From Microcoleus sp. (lineage in GTDB: Bacteria > Cyanobacteriota > Cyanobacteriia > Cyanobacteriales > Microcoleaceae): a DNA stretch of 64,000 nucleotides. This document shows, piece by piece, positions 1 through 9,328 of this stretch. The number at the start of each line of letters is the position of its first letter. Positions within the stretch are counted from its first letter, which is position 1. Below the pieces are notes generated by a model. The model searched no databases. It saw only the letters and a program-made list of their open reading frames with translations, and was not told the DNA's origin. The stretch lies in assembly GCA_052279835.1 (NCBI GenBank), contig CP181291.1:5088001-5152000 (forward strand), given 5' to 3'. A program made the position numbers and the translations under genes.

Positions 1-1668
1 TACTCGAAAACCGTCGATCGCCAGTAACTCGTCCCCAGCGTCAATTCCCGCCAACTGTGCGGGAGCTCCAGCTTCGACAAATTTAACCATTTCCCGCCCG
101 TTTTCGACTCCCAAAGTCCAACCCAGGCTAGGAATTTCGTTAGTTTCATCTACCACAAGTTCCAGCCCAAAAGGTGCGAGATATTGGTTGTAGGGTAACT
201 CTTGGGTACCGTCAACATAGCGCGCCAAAAAATCACTCAAATCCACACCAGCTACCGACTCGATCGCCTCTTGTAACTCTGCTGGAGTAAAACCAATTTC
301 TGAGGGTAATGAATTATCAAGTAATTCCCCGTTTGCTGGAATTACAGATTTTTTAGTTCCATTGTTTTGAGCGAAATTTGCCTGACCAAATTTCTGCCAC
401 ATCAAACGCATTACATCATCCAACGAGCGCTCATTGCCGTGTTTTGCCCGAATCAATAAGTCCAGTAAAAACGATATTAACTCCCCTTTTAAGTAATAAG
501 AAATTTGCGAATTATCGCTATTACTATCCCTGCGGTACAGCTTAATCCAAGTATCCCAACTAGACTCGCTAGCCGATTGTACTTTCCGCCCCGGAGTCGT
601 TTGCAAGCGAGTAATTTCCTTACCTAGACCCTGCAAAAAACCCTTGACGCCGTAGAGACCTGAGCGAAAAGGAATCACTAAATCGTAATAACTGGTTGTC
701 CCTTCGGAGAACCACAAAGAAGTAGTATAGCTTTCTTGGTTGTAATCAAATACTTCTAGAGCTTTCGGTCGGATGCGCTTGACATTCCAGAGGTGAAAAA
801 ATTCGTGGGCCACCAACTGCATAAAGCGATCGTACTTGTCTTTATTCCGAAAACCAAAACGGGGATAATTGAGAGTGCAACTATCTTTGTGTTCCAATCC
901 CCCAAAACCTGAGCCTGACAAATGCAGTAAAAATACATAACGGTCATAGGGCAAACCGCCAAACATTTTCGCTTCGACTTCGATCACTTTTTGGATATCT
1001 CGAATTACCTGTTCCGGTTGTAAATTACCTTTACCCCACACAACTAGCTGGTGGTTTTTCCCCATTACTTCAAAATCGTACAAATCGTGACAGCCAATTT
1101 CAAAAGGAGTGTCTACGAGAGTGTCGAAATCCACCGCCTCGAAAGTATAGGGTTCCCCAGAAACGGGTGGTAAAGTAGTAACTATCCGCCATTCTGGTCG
1201 CGGCGGGACAATTTTTATCCTGTAACAATTGCTCTCAAATCCTGGTAATAAAAAGCACAGAGCTGCGGGATTGAAATAACCGTGAGTTGAATCTAAATGA
1301 TTGGTTCGGACTGTCAGTTCGTTAGCAAAAATCCGGTAATTAACTGTTACATCAGAAACCGAATTAGTCTCGATTTGCCAGTGATTTTTGCTTTGTTTGC
1401 GCCAAGATAAGGAGCGATCGCCCTCAGTGGTCGAGCTAAAATCTTGCAGGTGTTTGGCATACTCTCGAACCAAGTAAGAACCGGGAGTCCAGACAGGCAT
1501 TTTTAAATCCATCATCGGCTCAGACCAACCTTGCACGCGCAAAGTCACTTCAAACAAGTGAGATTCAGGATTGGGCATCGCCACAGAATATTCAATGGTC
1601 GGTGCTTGAGGTTGCTTTGAAAGATTCGCGGCAACCAACGAGGTATCCAAAGAGGTGACATCAGTCAT
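1..1668 (-). CDS. M61 family glycyl aminopeptidase with C-terminal PDZ domain (runs off the left window edge)
   Basis: Manual translation from ATG 1668 (overlapping the crp stop as ATGA): MTDVTSLD...YSVAMPNPESHLFEV...QLVAHEFFHLWNV (HEXXH at ~807-793)...AGIDAGDELLAIDGFRV (PDZ). The frame is consistent at these checkpoints. It is absent from the ORF track because it has no stop in the window. Confidence 0.9.
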   Translation of the reverse strand, partial: MTDVTSLDTSLVAANLSKQPQAPTIEYSVAMPNPESHLFEVTLRVQGWSEPMMDLKMPVWTPGSYLVREYAKHLQDFSSTTEGDRSLSWRKQSKNHWQIETNSVSDVTVNYRIFANELTVRTNHLDSTHGYFNPAALCFLLPGFESNCYRIKIVPPRPEWRIVTTLPPVSGEPYTFEAVDFDTLVDTPFEIGCHDLYDFEVMGKNHQLVVWGKGNLQPEQVIRDIQKVIEVEAKMFGGLPYDRYVFLLHLSGSGFGGLEHKDSCTLNYPRFGFRNKDKYDRFMQLVAHEFFHLWNVKRIRPKALEVFDYNQESYTTSLWFSEGTTSYYDLVIPFRSGLYGVKGFLQGLGKEITRLQTTPGRKVQSASESSWDTWIKLYRRDSNSDNSQISYYLKGELISFLLDLLIRAKHGNERSLDDVMRLMWQKFGQANFAQNNGTKKSVIPANGELLDNSLPSEIGFTPAELQEAIESVAGVDLSDFLARYVDGTQELPYNQYLAPFGLELVVDETNEIPSLGWTLGVENGREMVKFVEAGAPAQLAGIDAGDELLAIDGFRV

Positions 1669-2345
1669 TGACTTGCTAAATTCATCAAGTGCTTGAGGTT
1701 AATCAAATGGATAGTTTGGCGTTCGGGATCGACACTAATCCAGCCTTTGCTATCGAGTTTTTCCATAATTTTGCTGGTTTCATCTAGGGCGATTTCTGTA
1801 ATGTCCGCTAAGTCTTCATAGGGGATATTAAAGATATCTTTGCCCTGGGCCGTTTTCTGACCGTAGTTTTCTGCCAGCTCGACTAAGGTATTTGCTAGTT
1901 TAACCGCTGGCTGGCGGTTTCGGAGTTGATAGCGGAGATTTGTTTGGCGGAGTCGCCGTACCATCAGTTGCAGCATTCGGTGGTGCAACTGCGGATCTTT
2001 GAACAGGGTTTGGATAAATCGCTGAGCCGTAACGCTGATCAGTCGCACGGGTGATAAAGCAAGTACGTCATTCGATCGCGGAGATTCGTCCAGAATCGCC
2101 ATTTCGCCGAAGAATGCACCCCTACCCAAAATAGCCATTGATACGGCTCGATCGCCAGACAGGTGTCTGACTTTGACCCACCCGGAAACTACAAAGTAAA
2201 TGGCGTTACCCCAAGAATCCTCCATCAAAACGGCTCTGCCTGCGGGATACTCGTGCTTGACGGCATTGGATAGTAGCCCTCCCAAGGTTTCTGGGTTAGC
2301 ACCCTTAAACAGGGGGAAAAGCTCACTGAAAGCTTCTGTCTTCAT
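1665..2345 (-). CDS. Crp/Fnr family transcriptional regulator
   Basis: cNMP-binding domain (FFGEMAILDESPRS) plus C-terminal HTH. Likely start is MKTEAF at 2345; the longer ORF start lies inside the IS end. Confidence 0.9.
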   Translation of the reverse strand: MKTEAFSELFPLFKGANPETLGGLLSNAVKHEYPAGRAVLMEDSWGNAIYFVVSGWVKVRHLSGDRAVSMAILGRGAFFGEMAILDESPRSNDVLALSPVRLISVTAQRFIQTLFKDPQLHHRMLQLMVRRLRQTNLRYQLRNRQPAVKLANTLVELAENYGQKTAQGKDIFNIPYEDLADITEIALDETSKIMEKLDSKGWISVDPERQTIHLINLKHLMNLASQ

Positions 2346-2368
2346 GCAAGTTCGCTGAGGTAGGAAAT

Positions 2369-2573
2369 TTGACATCCTCACCGCACTGTGAGGGCGGTGA
2401 TTCTTGACACTTCCGAAAGGTGATCCTACCCAAGTAGTTTCACTCTCCCGACTTGTCCATTTAGAGTCGTGGCCATGCCCTATCCCGACTTTTTACATTA
2501 GACCATAGGACTGGTGGCACTGATGCACAAAAGCCGCCCTGGGGAAGGACGGGGTTTTCAACCCAGTTTACTG
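2369..2573 (-). mobile_element. Non-autonomous IS200/IS605-family mini-element (left end plus tnpB 3' end/right end)
   Basis: The minus strand begins with a left-end-like CAGTAAACTGGGTTGAAAACCCCGTCCTTCCCCAGGGCGGCTT. It ends with a right-end hairpin, GAATCACCGCCCTCACAGTGCGGTGAGGATGTCAA, terminating in TCAA. No transposase ORF. Confidence 0.7.
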
Positions 2574-2617
2574 TTGACAGGACTCAGGCGCGGTTGACGC
2601 CCAATCCACAGATTTTT

Positions 2618-3517
2618 TCATAGTCTACTGGTCGATCGCCCTCCTACTGCTATGCGAACTTTTGGTAACAGAGATTCTATGTACTCCGGCTGGCCGATCG
2701 CGATCGCCTGAGAGTGGGCCAGACTTGCCGGATCTAGAGCATCGGGAGTCCACCGCAGAGGTTGACCTTCCAAGTCGCAGCAGACTAATCCGGCTGCCTT
2801 GGCTAGGGCGAGAGGGCCTGCGGTATCCCACACTTTGACTCTACCGTTGAAGTAGAGGTACAAACCGGCTCTACCGCTGATGACTTCGATCACTTTTAAG
2901 CCAAAGCTGCCGAGGGAATAAAATTCGACACCTGGTATGATTTGAGCGATCGCCATACCGTAGTTTTTCTGATCTTTATCTCCCAGGACAATTTTACAAC
3001 TATCTGCTGTCGGAGCCGGTGATTTGTGCAGGGCGATCGCAGAAGGCTTCGAGTCTCCAAGGGTTTGGAACAAGCCCCAATCTTTCCCGCCGAAGTACAT
3101 CTGCTCAAAAGCCGGAGCGTAGATCCAACCCGCTACCGGTTCCCCCTCTTGCAGGAGCCCCACCATCAGGGCATAGTGGAGTTTCCCTTGAATAAATTCT
3201 TCGGTGCCGTCTAGGGGGTCAATGCACCAGAGGCTCTTGTAATTACCCAGGTAAGCTGCTCTGGATGCGGCATTTTCCTCAGTAATTATACCGTCTTCAG
3301 GAAACAATGCACCAAAGACGGTGGATAGCTGTTGGTCTAAGAATCGATCGATACTGGTTACGTAGTCGTTTGGCCCTTTCTCGCAAACTTCAAAGGGTTC
3401 TGCTGCGAGTTTTTGAGCTTGTGCACCGCACTCCCGCAGGGTAGAACGAATTTTTTGGTCTTGGTCAGGAGTAATATACATGATATCAAGTCTGGTTGAG
3501 TGTTCCACAATAGACAT
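2618..3517 (-). CDS. Inositol monophosphatase / CysQ-like 3'(2'),5'-bisphosphate nucleotidase
   Basis: WCIDPLDGT and WDTAG motifs of the FIG/IMPase superfamily. Confidence 0.88.
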   Translation of the reverse strand: MSIVEHSTRLDIMYITPDQDQKIRSTLRECGAQAQKLAAEPFEVCEKGPNDYVTSIDRFLDQQLSTVFGALFPEDGIITEENAASRAAYLGNYKSLWCIDPLDGTEEFIQGKLHYALMVGLLQEGEPVAGWIYAPAFEQMYFGGKDWGLFQTLGDSKPSAIALHKSPAPTADSCKIVLGDKDQKNYGMAIAQIIPGVEFYSLGSFGLKVIEVISGRAGLYLYFNGRVKVWDTAGPLALAKAAGLVCCDLEGQPLRWTPDALDPASLAHSQAIAIGQPEYIESLLPKVRIAVGGRSTSRL

Positions 3518-3720
3518 CTGGTCTCAAAAAACCTGTGAACAACAAACTGTTTGGCCTGTTTCACAGGAATTATGGGAGATGTCTAATAGTCTACGAGCAT
3601 CGGGCGGAGGGGACCTCTGGCGATCGCCAATGAGAAGGTGGAAGCCGAACTATATTAAGCTACCCACATATTTTTCTATTTCCCCCTGCCATTCCAGCCT
3701 AAATTCTCTGGTTGTTGATA

Positions 3721-3830
3721 ATTTATCTCGCTTCCGGTTGCATGGTCATGATTTAACCGCAGAGAACACAGAGGACACAGAGGGAGAGCAGAGATATTTA
3801 AGTAATTTATAGGGAGATAGGATTTAATAT
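3721..3830. repeat. MITE-like repeat family E (AACCGCAGAG-type core)
   Basis: TTCCGGTTG...ATGATTTAACCGCAGAGAACACAGAGGACACAGAG...GGATTTAATAT. Same layout as copies at 26912, 45394 and 61032. Confidence 0.65.
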
Positions 3831-3927
3831 TGTAAATTGATTTTTAGACGTTTTTTAATAAAATAAATTATCGCTAAGTTTTCAATTATTTTGGTGATTT
3901 TTTACCATCAATTACCTTCTATTCCCA

Positions 3928-4623
3928 TTACAAACAAAGTTCTTGGACTCGCTCCAATTCCAAATCTGCAAAAAAGTCCACCGTCCAATTAGCTTGGCGC
4001 TGGATCATATGAAACGGGTAAGTGTGAGTGACACCCAATACCTGAATCCCCGCTGTTTTTGCCGCTTCAATCCCAGCCAAAGTATTTTCCACCGCCAAAC
4101 ACTCCCCCGGTTCCAGGTTCCATCCTGGATATTTCTGATTCATCAGTTCCACAGCCAACAGATAGCCGTCTGGTGCTGGTTTGCTCGCCTTTACATCATC
4201 CCCTGTGACAATTAATTCAAAGTTTTCTGTCAAACCAGCCAGATTTAAAACTAATTCTATATCCGATCGCATAGCCCCACTGACTATGGCGATTTTGAGT
4301 CCGGCGGCCCGAATTTTAGCAATAAACTCTGCTAAACCTGGATAAATCGGCAATGTTTCCAGACTATCGATTATGGCTTGATAAGCTTGGGCTTTGCGGA
4401 GTAACAACCGTTGGAGGTAAACTTCTGTCACAAAACGCCCTCTGCGACTCAATAGTTCGACAATGCAAGCGCGATCGCTCTTTCCCAAACAAACAGCTCG
4501 AAACTCACCGCGTTTGAGCTGAAGATTTTCCTCCAGCATCAATTTATCGATTATTTGCTCGTGAATCTGCTCGTCATGAATAATCACGCCGTTAAAATCA
4601 AAAAAAACTGTTTTGAGAGTCAT
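3928..4623 (-). CDS. HAD-superfamily phosphatase (CbbY/beta-PGM-like)
   Basis: FDFNGV motif I, KPAPDGY, and a VEN(T)xxG motif. Confidence 0.88.
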   Translation of the reverse strand: MTLKTVFFDFNGVIIHDEQIHEQIIDKLMLEENLQLKRGEFRAVCLGKSDRACIVELLSRRGRFVTEVYLQRLLLRKAQAYQAIIDSLETLPIYPGLAEFIAKIRAAGLKIAIVSGAMRSDIELVLNLAGLTENFELIVTGDDVKASKPAPDGYLLAVELMNQKYPGWNLEPGECLAVENTLAGIEAAKTAGIQVLGVTHTYPFHMIQRQANWTVDFFADLELERVQELCL

Positions 4624-4733
4624 GAGTTATTTGTTATTGGTAATTCGTTATTGGTAATTGGTTATTTATGATTTTTAAGTCCGCACAGGCGGACTAAAGT
4701 TTGTGGATCGGGGAAATTACATTCGGCGATAAA

Positions 4734-5633
4734 TCAAGCAGGAGCGGGAAAGCCTTGTAAATCGCCATCCACATCAGGAGTGCGATCGAGCCAATTCCAG
4801 CCCCACGCCGCCCGCACATCCTCCAAATTTTGACCCGGAAGAGGTTTAACGCCTTGCGTCACCTGATTTACCCACCAGTGATCCTGAGTTTGTACTGAGC
4901 AGAAGCCCGCTGCTCCCATCCAAGCATCAATGCTACCCACTGCGTAAGACTTAATATAAGGCTCCTCAAAGATATCAGTCAGCCACTGTGTCTGGCGCAA
5001 AGTTTTCTGATTCCCGTCCAAAATTACTACTTGTCCCCCAACTCCCAGCAATCGGAAACTTTCTCGCAAAATAGCCTGCGATACAGCAGGTGGTGTCTCA
5101 TGAAACAGCAAGGAAGCAGTCACTAAATCGAAGCTAGCATCGGGAAAACCCACGCTTTCGGCATTACCGTGACACCACTGGATATGGCATCCGGCTTTTT
5201 GAGCTTTCATGTCGGCTACTACCAACATATAAGGCGATAAGTCGAGGCCGATAACTTCCGCTTCGGGAAAGGTTTGCTTGAGCAGGAGGGTGGTTGAACC
5301 GGTGCCGCATCCCAAATCGATAATGCGACGGGGCTTAACCCGTACTGCATCAATTAAGCCTTGCCTGACGACTGTTTCGTTAGGAGGCAAAACATACTGG
5401 GTAATGGGATCGTAGGAAACGGCGGCACTGGGATTGAGGTAGCCCCCTTTAATGCCGTGAAAGTTTTGGCTGCTGTAATATTCAGGATAAACTAGGTCTG
5501 GTTGTCGGTAGCTCCCGGCTGCTGTTTCCCAGTCGATACTTTGGTAGAATCGTCCGATTGCTTCTTCGTCGATCGCCAGTCGAATTAAGGGCGATAAAAA
5601 GCGTTCAAAAATTGTCTCCTTGCCAACCGCCAT
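4734..5633 (-). CDS. Class I SAM-dependent methyltransferase
   Basis: IIDLGCGTG and GLDLSPYML motifs. Confidence 0.88.
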   Translation of the reverse strand: MAVGKETIFERFLSPLIRLAIDEEAIGRFYQSIDWETAAGSYRQPDLVYPEYYSSQNFHGIKGGYLNPSAAVSYDPITQYVLPPNETVVRQGLIDAVRVKPRRIIDLGCGTGSTTLLLKQTFPEAEVIGLDLSPYMLVVADMKAQKAGCHIQWCHGNAESVGFPDASFDLVTASLLFHETPPAVSQAILRESFRLLGVGGQVVILDGNQKTLRQTQWLTDIFEEPYIKSYAVGSIDAWMGAAGFCSVQTQDHWWVNQVTQGVKPLPGQNLEDVRAAWGWNWLDRTPDVDGDLQGFPAPA

Positions 5634-5687
5634 AAAACTCCTCTCAATATTAACTTTTTCATCCTAGCCAATAGCAAGGAACTTCAA

Positions 5688-8204
5688 CTACAGACTACTG
5701 ACTTCTTCCTTTTTCCTTCTTCCTTCCCCCATTGTCCCCCCCAATGGTAGCGTTTCCTTCTTGCTTCTGGCTTCTTGCTTGCCCTTATGAAAAGGAATTT
5801 TCACCGCAAATTCCGTGCCTCGGCCAGGAGGTGTAGAAATATTGATCGTGCCACCATGTCCGTCAACTACAATTTTATAGCTAATCGCTAAGCCTAAACC
5901 CGTGCCTTTGCCAACGGGTTTAGTCGTAAAAAACGGGTTGAAAATTTGATCTTTAATTTTCTCAGGAATTCCCGGACCGTTATCGGCGATCGCCACTTTG
6001 ATAAATTTAGCACCATTTTCTCTCAGTAATGCTGTAGAAATAGTAATAATTTTATCCCGGCGATTGCTCTCAAACAAAGCATCGATCGCATTGCTGAGCA
6101 AGTTCATAAAAACCTGATTGAGCTGTGAAGGATAGCACTCTACTAAGGGTAAATCTCCGTAGTGTTTGACTACATAAATTCCATTTTTAATCCGATTGGA
6201 TAGCAGCAGCAAGGTATTATCAATACCTTCGTGAATATCGGCTAGTTTTTTGTCGGATTCGTCTAGTCTAGAAAAGTTGCGTAAGGAAAGCACTATATTG
6301 CGAATCCGTTCTGTTCCTATTTTCATAGAATTCAACATTTGTGGCAAATCTTCTTCGATAAAATCTAGCTCAATTTCTGTGGCAAAATCTTCAATTTCCG
6401 GGGGAATCTCTGGAAAAGCTTGTTTGTATAAACTCACCAATTCCAATAAGTTGGTAGTATATTTTGTGGTATAGGGCAAGTTAGCAAAAATGAAGTTGAC
6501 AGGGTTATTGATTTCGTGGGCTATCCCGGCTACCATTTGACCTAGGGATGACATTTTTTCACTTTGCACTAAATGAGTTTGAGTTTTTTTGAGTTCAGTT
6601 AAGGTGCTGTTGAGTAGTTTTACTTGGTCTTGAGTTTGGCTGTAAAGATGAGCTTGAGTAATGGCGATCGCCAGTTGGTCTGCTACAGCTTTTAATAATT
6701 GAACTTCTTCTTTACTCCAAAACCAGTGACTAGCATGACTGCAAATTAAATAACCGTGGGACTGACTTTGAGTCAGGACTGGTACAGCTAAATAACTGTT
6801 ACGTTTTAATTGTAAATCTAAGTTTTTTTCTGATAAAAAACTATCGGCAGGAAGCATAATTTGCTCGCTTTTTTCTAGCGGCAATGACAAATTATTTACG
6901 CAGTAAGGAGCAAACTGTTTTCTGGGGTGTGGATGCTCTGACTTACAATATTCCCACATAATTTGTAACATTTGCTCTTCCGGTTCGTACCAACCAAATC
7001 CAGCTTGTTCTAAATGCAGCAAAATTACTATTTCTTCTACTGTGCTTTGTACGATTTTTTCTAATTCTAGGGAAGCACGAATGCGTCCAGAAATCCGGTT
7101 CAACATGGCTTCTCTCTCGGCTTGAGCGCGATTGTTTTCCGAGGAGTAAATTACCCAAATGGCTGCTAACATTGCCGGACCGAGCAGTCCGCCAGCAACA
7201 AAAGTCAACAAATTTAAGGCTTGTAGTTGAGATTCAATATTTTCGCGGGGAATTACTAAAGCCATTGACCAGTTAACTTCATGGAGTGGTGTATAGGCTA
7301 CATAAACCCATTTTTTGTCTATTTTTACCAGTTCTATATTCGTTTGGCGAGCGGTCATTTTACGCGCAATTGCTGCTAGTGCATGGTCTGGTGAGTTTAA
7401 AAAACTTGGGGCGGGTTCGTCGATATTTCCAATTAAATTATTGTTGGGGTGTACAATGGGGACTCCTTGGGAATTTAGCGCAAAAGCATAACTTTCTGAA
7501 CCGTAGTACAAGCTTTTTGCCACCTTGGCTACTCGGTCTACTTTGATGCTGCCTGCAATCACTCCAATTGCTTTGTTGGGAGTGGGAGGCAAGGCCCAAA
7601 TGGGAGCTGCAATGATGATTGTAGAAACCTTTGTACTCCTGCCTACCAAGGGGTCAGAAACGTTTACTTTTCCCGACATGGCTATTTTAAAATGTTGGCG
7701 GTCTTTGCTGTTTGTGCTAGTACCTAAAGTGTTTTGTACCGACCCATTTGCTTGAATCAATGACAGGACAAAATATTCTTTTAATCTGTAGGTTTCTCCT
7801 TGTAAAATAGGTTCAGCCAAGGTCCAATTTAGAGTACGAATAGTGGGAGAATAAGCGATGGTTTCTATTTCTGCTTTGCGACTGCTGAGCCAGTTATCGA
7901 TTTCATCGCTACCTTTTTCTAGTTTTAATAGTGCTATTTCTTTTAAATTATCCAGAATTAGTCCGCGCACCACAAAATAGCTGATGCAAGCAGTGGTGCT
8001 AATACTTAAAGCGGTGCCACCCAGAATTAGCAGAGTCAGCAAGTGGCGGCGATGTCGTCTGTGTTCCCAAAGGCTGTGCAGTTGCTGCCAGCGCGTTCGA
8101 GCACTGATGCCGATGTTTCGCCATAAGTGGCGCAGCTTTTTTGTTTGCTTGGGAGGCTGTGCAGACACAGCGCAGGATTGATTTGCTGAGTTTTGCATCG
8201 TCAA
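5688..8204 (-). CDS. Membrane sensor histidine kinase (dCache-GAF-HisKA-HATPase)
   Basis: Two TM segments, a Cache-type region, GAF, AHEINNP H-box, NQVFMNLLSNAID, DNGPG and GKGTGLGL. Confidence 0.92.
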   Translation of the reverse strand: MTMQNSANQSCAVSAQPPKQTKKLRHLWRNIGISARTRWQQLHSLWEHRRHRRHLLTLLILGGTALSISTTACISYFVVRGLILDNLKEIALLKLEKGSDEIDNWLSSRKAEIETIAYSPTIRTLNWTLAEPILQGETYRLKEYFVLSLIQANGSVQNTLGTSTNSKDRQHFKIAMSGKVNVSDPLVGRSTKVSTIIIAAPIWALPPTPNKAIGVIAGSIKVDRVAKVAKSLYYGSESYAFALNSQGVPIVHPNNNLIGNIDEPAPSFLNSPDHALAAIARKMTARQTNIELVKIDKKWVYVAYTPLHEVNWSMALVIPRENIESQLQALNLLTFVAGGLLGPAMLAAIWVIYSSENNRAQAEREAMLNRISGRIRASLELEKIVQSTVEEIVILLHLEQAGFGWYEPEEQMLQIMWEYCKSEHPHPRKQFAPYCVNNLSLPLEKSEQIMLPADSFLSEKNLDLQLKRNSYLAVPVLTQSQSHGYLICSHASHWFWSKEEVQLLKAVADQLAIAITQAHLYSQTQDQVKLLNSTLTELKKTQTHLVQSEKMSSLGQMVAGIAHEINNPVNFIFANLPYTTKYTTNLLELVSLYKQAFPEIPPEIEDFATEIELDFIEEDLPQMLNSMKIGTERIRNIVLSLRNFSRLDESDKKLADIHEGIDNTLLLLSNRIKNGIYVVKHYGDLPLVECYPSQLNQVFMNLLSNAIDALFESNRRDKIITISTALLRENGAKFIKVAIADNGPGIPEKIKDQIFNPFFTTKPVGKGTGLGLAISYKIVVDGHGGTINISTPPGRGTEFAVKIPFHKGKQEARSKKETLPLGGTMGEGRRKKEEVSSL

Positions 8205-8407
8205 TTTTTCTCTTTTTAGTCGCTCGATTTGAGATTTTAGATTTTAGAATTAATTGTTACTTTAGGTAATATTTGAGGATCTATCTCGTTTGTATAACAA
8301 AATAATTTGAAATAACACAGAAAAATTACGGAGTTTTCTTAATTAAAATACAATTTTAATTCAGGGTAAATACTTATTGACAATAATATTAATTCATGCT
8401 TTCTGAT

Positions 8408-9136
8408 TCAAGATGAGATTTTTTCCTCTAAGGCTTTTTTGGCAAAGCGGGTTACGTAAACTGTAAGAGCGATCGTTGCTACCAAACCAATACCGTACAG
8501 CAGCCACTCAGCAGCCGTGCGCGATCGCCCTTGGGTTCCCAGTGCAGCCAAACTTCCAGCCAAGGAACCGATATAAACATACATCACAGTTCCGGGAATC
8601 ATACCGATCCAAGATGCGAAAAAATAGTCTCTGAGAGATACCTGCGTGACCCCAAAAGCATAGTTAAGCAAATTAAACGGAAAAATTGGAGAAAGTCTAG
8701 TGAGTAACACTATTTTCCATCCTTCAGAGGCAACTGCGGAGTCGATCGCCTGAAACTTTTGATTTCCTTGTATCTGCTGAGAAACCCAGTCGCGAGTTAA
8801 ATATCGCCCTGTTAAAAAAGCACAAGTTGCACCTAAAACCGAGCCGATGGAAACGCAAACTGAACCGCCCAATACTCCGAATAAAACACCAGAACCCAAA
8901 GTCAGCAACGAACCAGGAATAAACAGAACTGTTGCGACAATGTAAATGAGAATAAAAGCTGCCGGGCCCCAAGGACCAAGACTGGCGATCGACTCCAAGG
9001 CCTTTTGCAGAATTATTTGAAAGTTAAAAAACTTGGCTCCTACAATCAAAGCTACAATTAAAACCACCACTAAAATCAACTTCCAATGGTTTGATGGTTG
9101 CCGATTGTCTGGGATTGGCGATCGAGAATCATTCAT
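8408..9136 (-). CDS. TVP38/TMEM64 (DedA/SNARE-associated) membrane protein
   Basis: LLTRLSPIFPFNLLNYAFG and GMIPGTVMYVYIG motifs. Confidence 0.9.
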   Translation of the reverse strand: MNDSRSPIPDNRQPSNHWKLILVVVLIVALIVGAKFFNFQIILQKALESIASLGPWGPAAFILIYIVATVLFIPGSLLTLGSGVLFGVLGGSVCVSIGSVLGATCAFLTGRYLTRDWVSQQIQGNQKFQAIDSAVASEGWKIVLLTRLSPIFPFNLLNYAFGVTQVSLRDYFFASWIGMIPGTVMYVYIGSLAGSLAALGTQGRSRTAAEWLLYGIGLVATIALTVYVTRFAKKALEEKISS

Positions 9137-9194
9137 TATTTCAAATCTCCATTCTCAATAACATGGGTATTGGGCGTTAGCCATCGCGCATAAT

Positions 9195-9328
9195 TTCTTC
9201 CATCTTCCTGAATTTCCCCCCAAGGGGTGTTCTTCTTCCTTCACCCCTTGGGGGGGTTCTTTTTCCTTCACCCCTGGGGGGGTTCTTTTTCCATCCCCCC
9301 TTGGGGGGGGTAGGGGGGGTTCTTCTTC
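9195..9328. repeat. Tandem TTCTTCC / C-run-TT-G-run repeat cluster (family B)
   Basis: Four related units of TTC(T)TTCC..CCCC(TT)GGGGGG. The last unit, C6-TT-G8-TA-G7, matches copies at 17532, 21145 and 61085. Confidence 0.8.

Noticed and set aside
756..962. 68-aa ORF
   Set aside because: Alternate frame inside the M61 peptidase gene.
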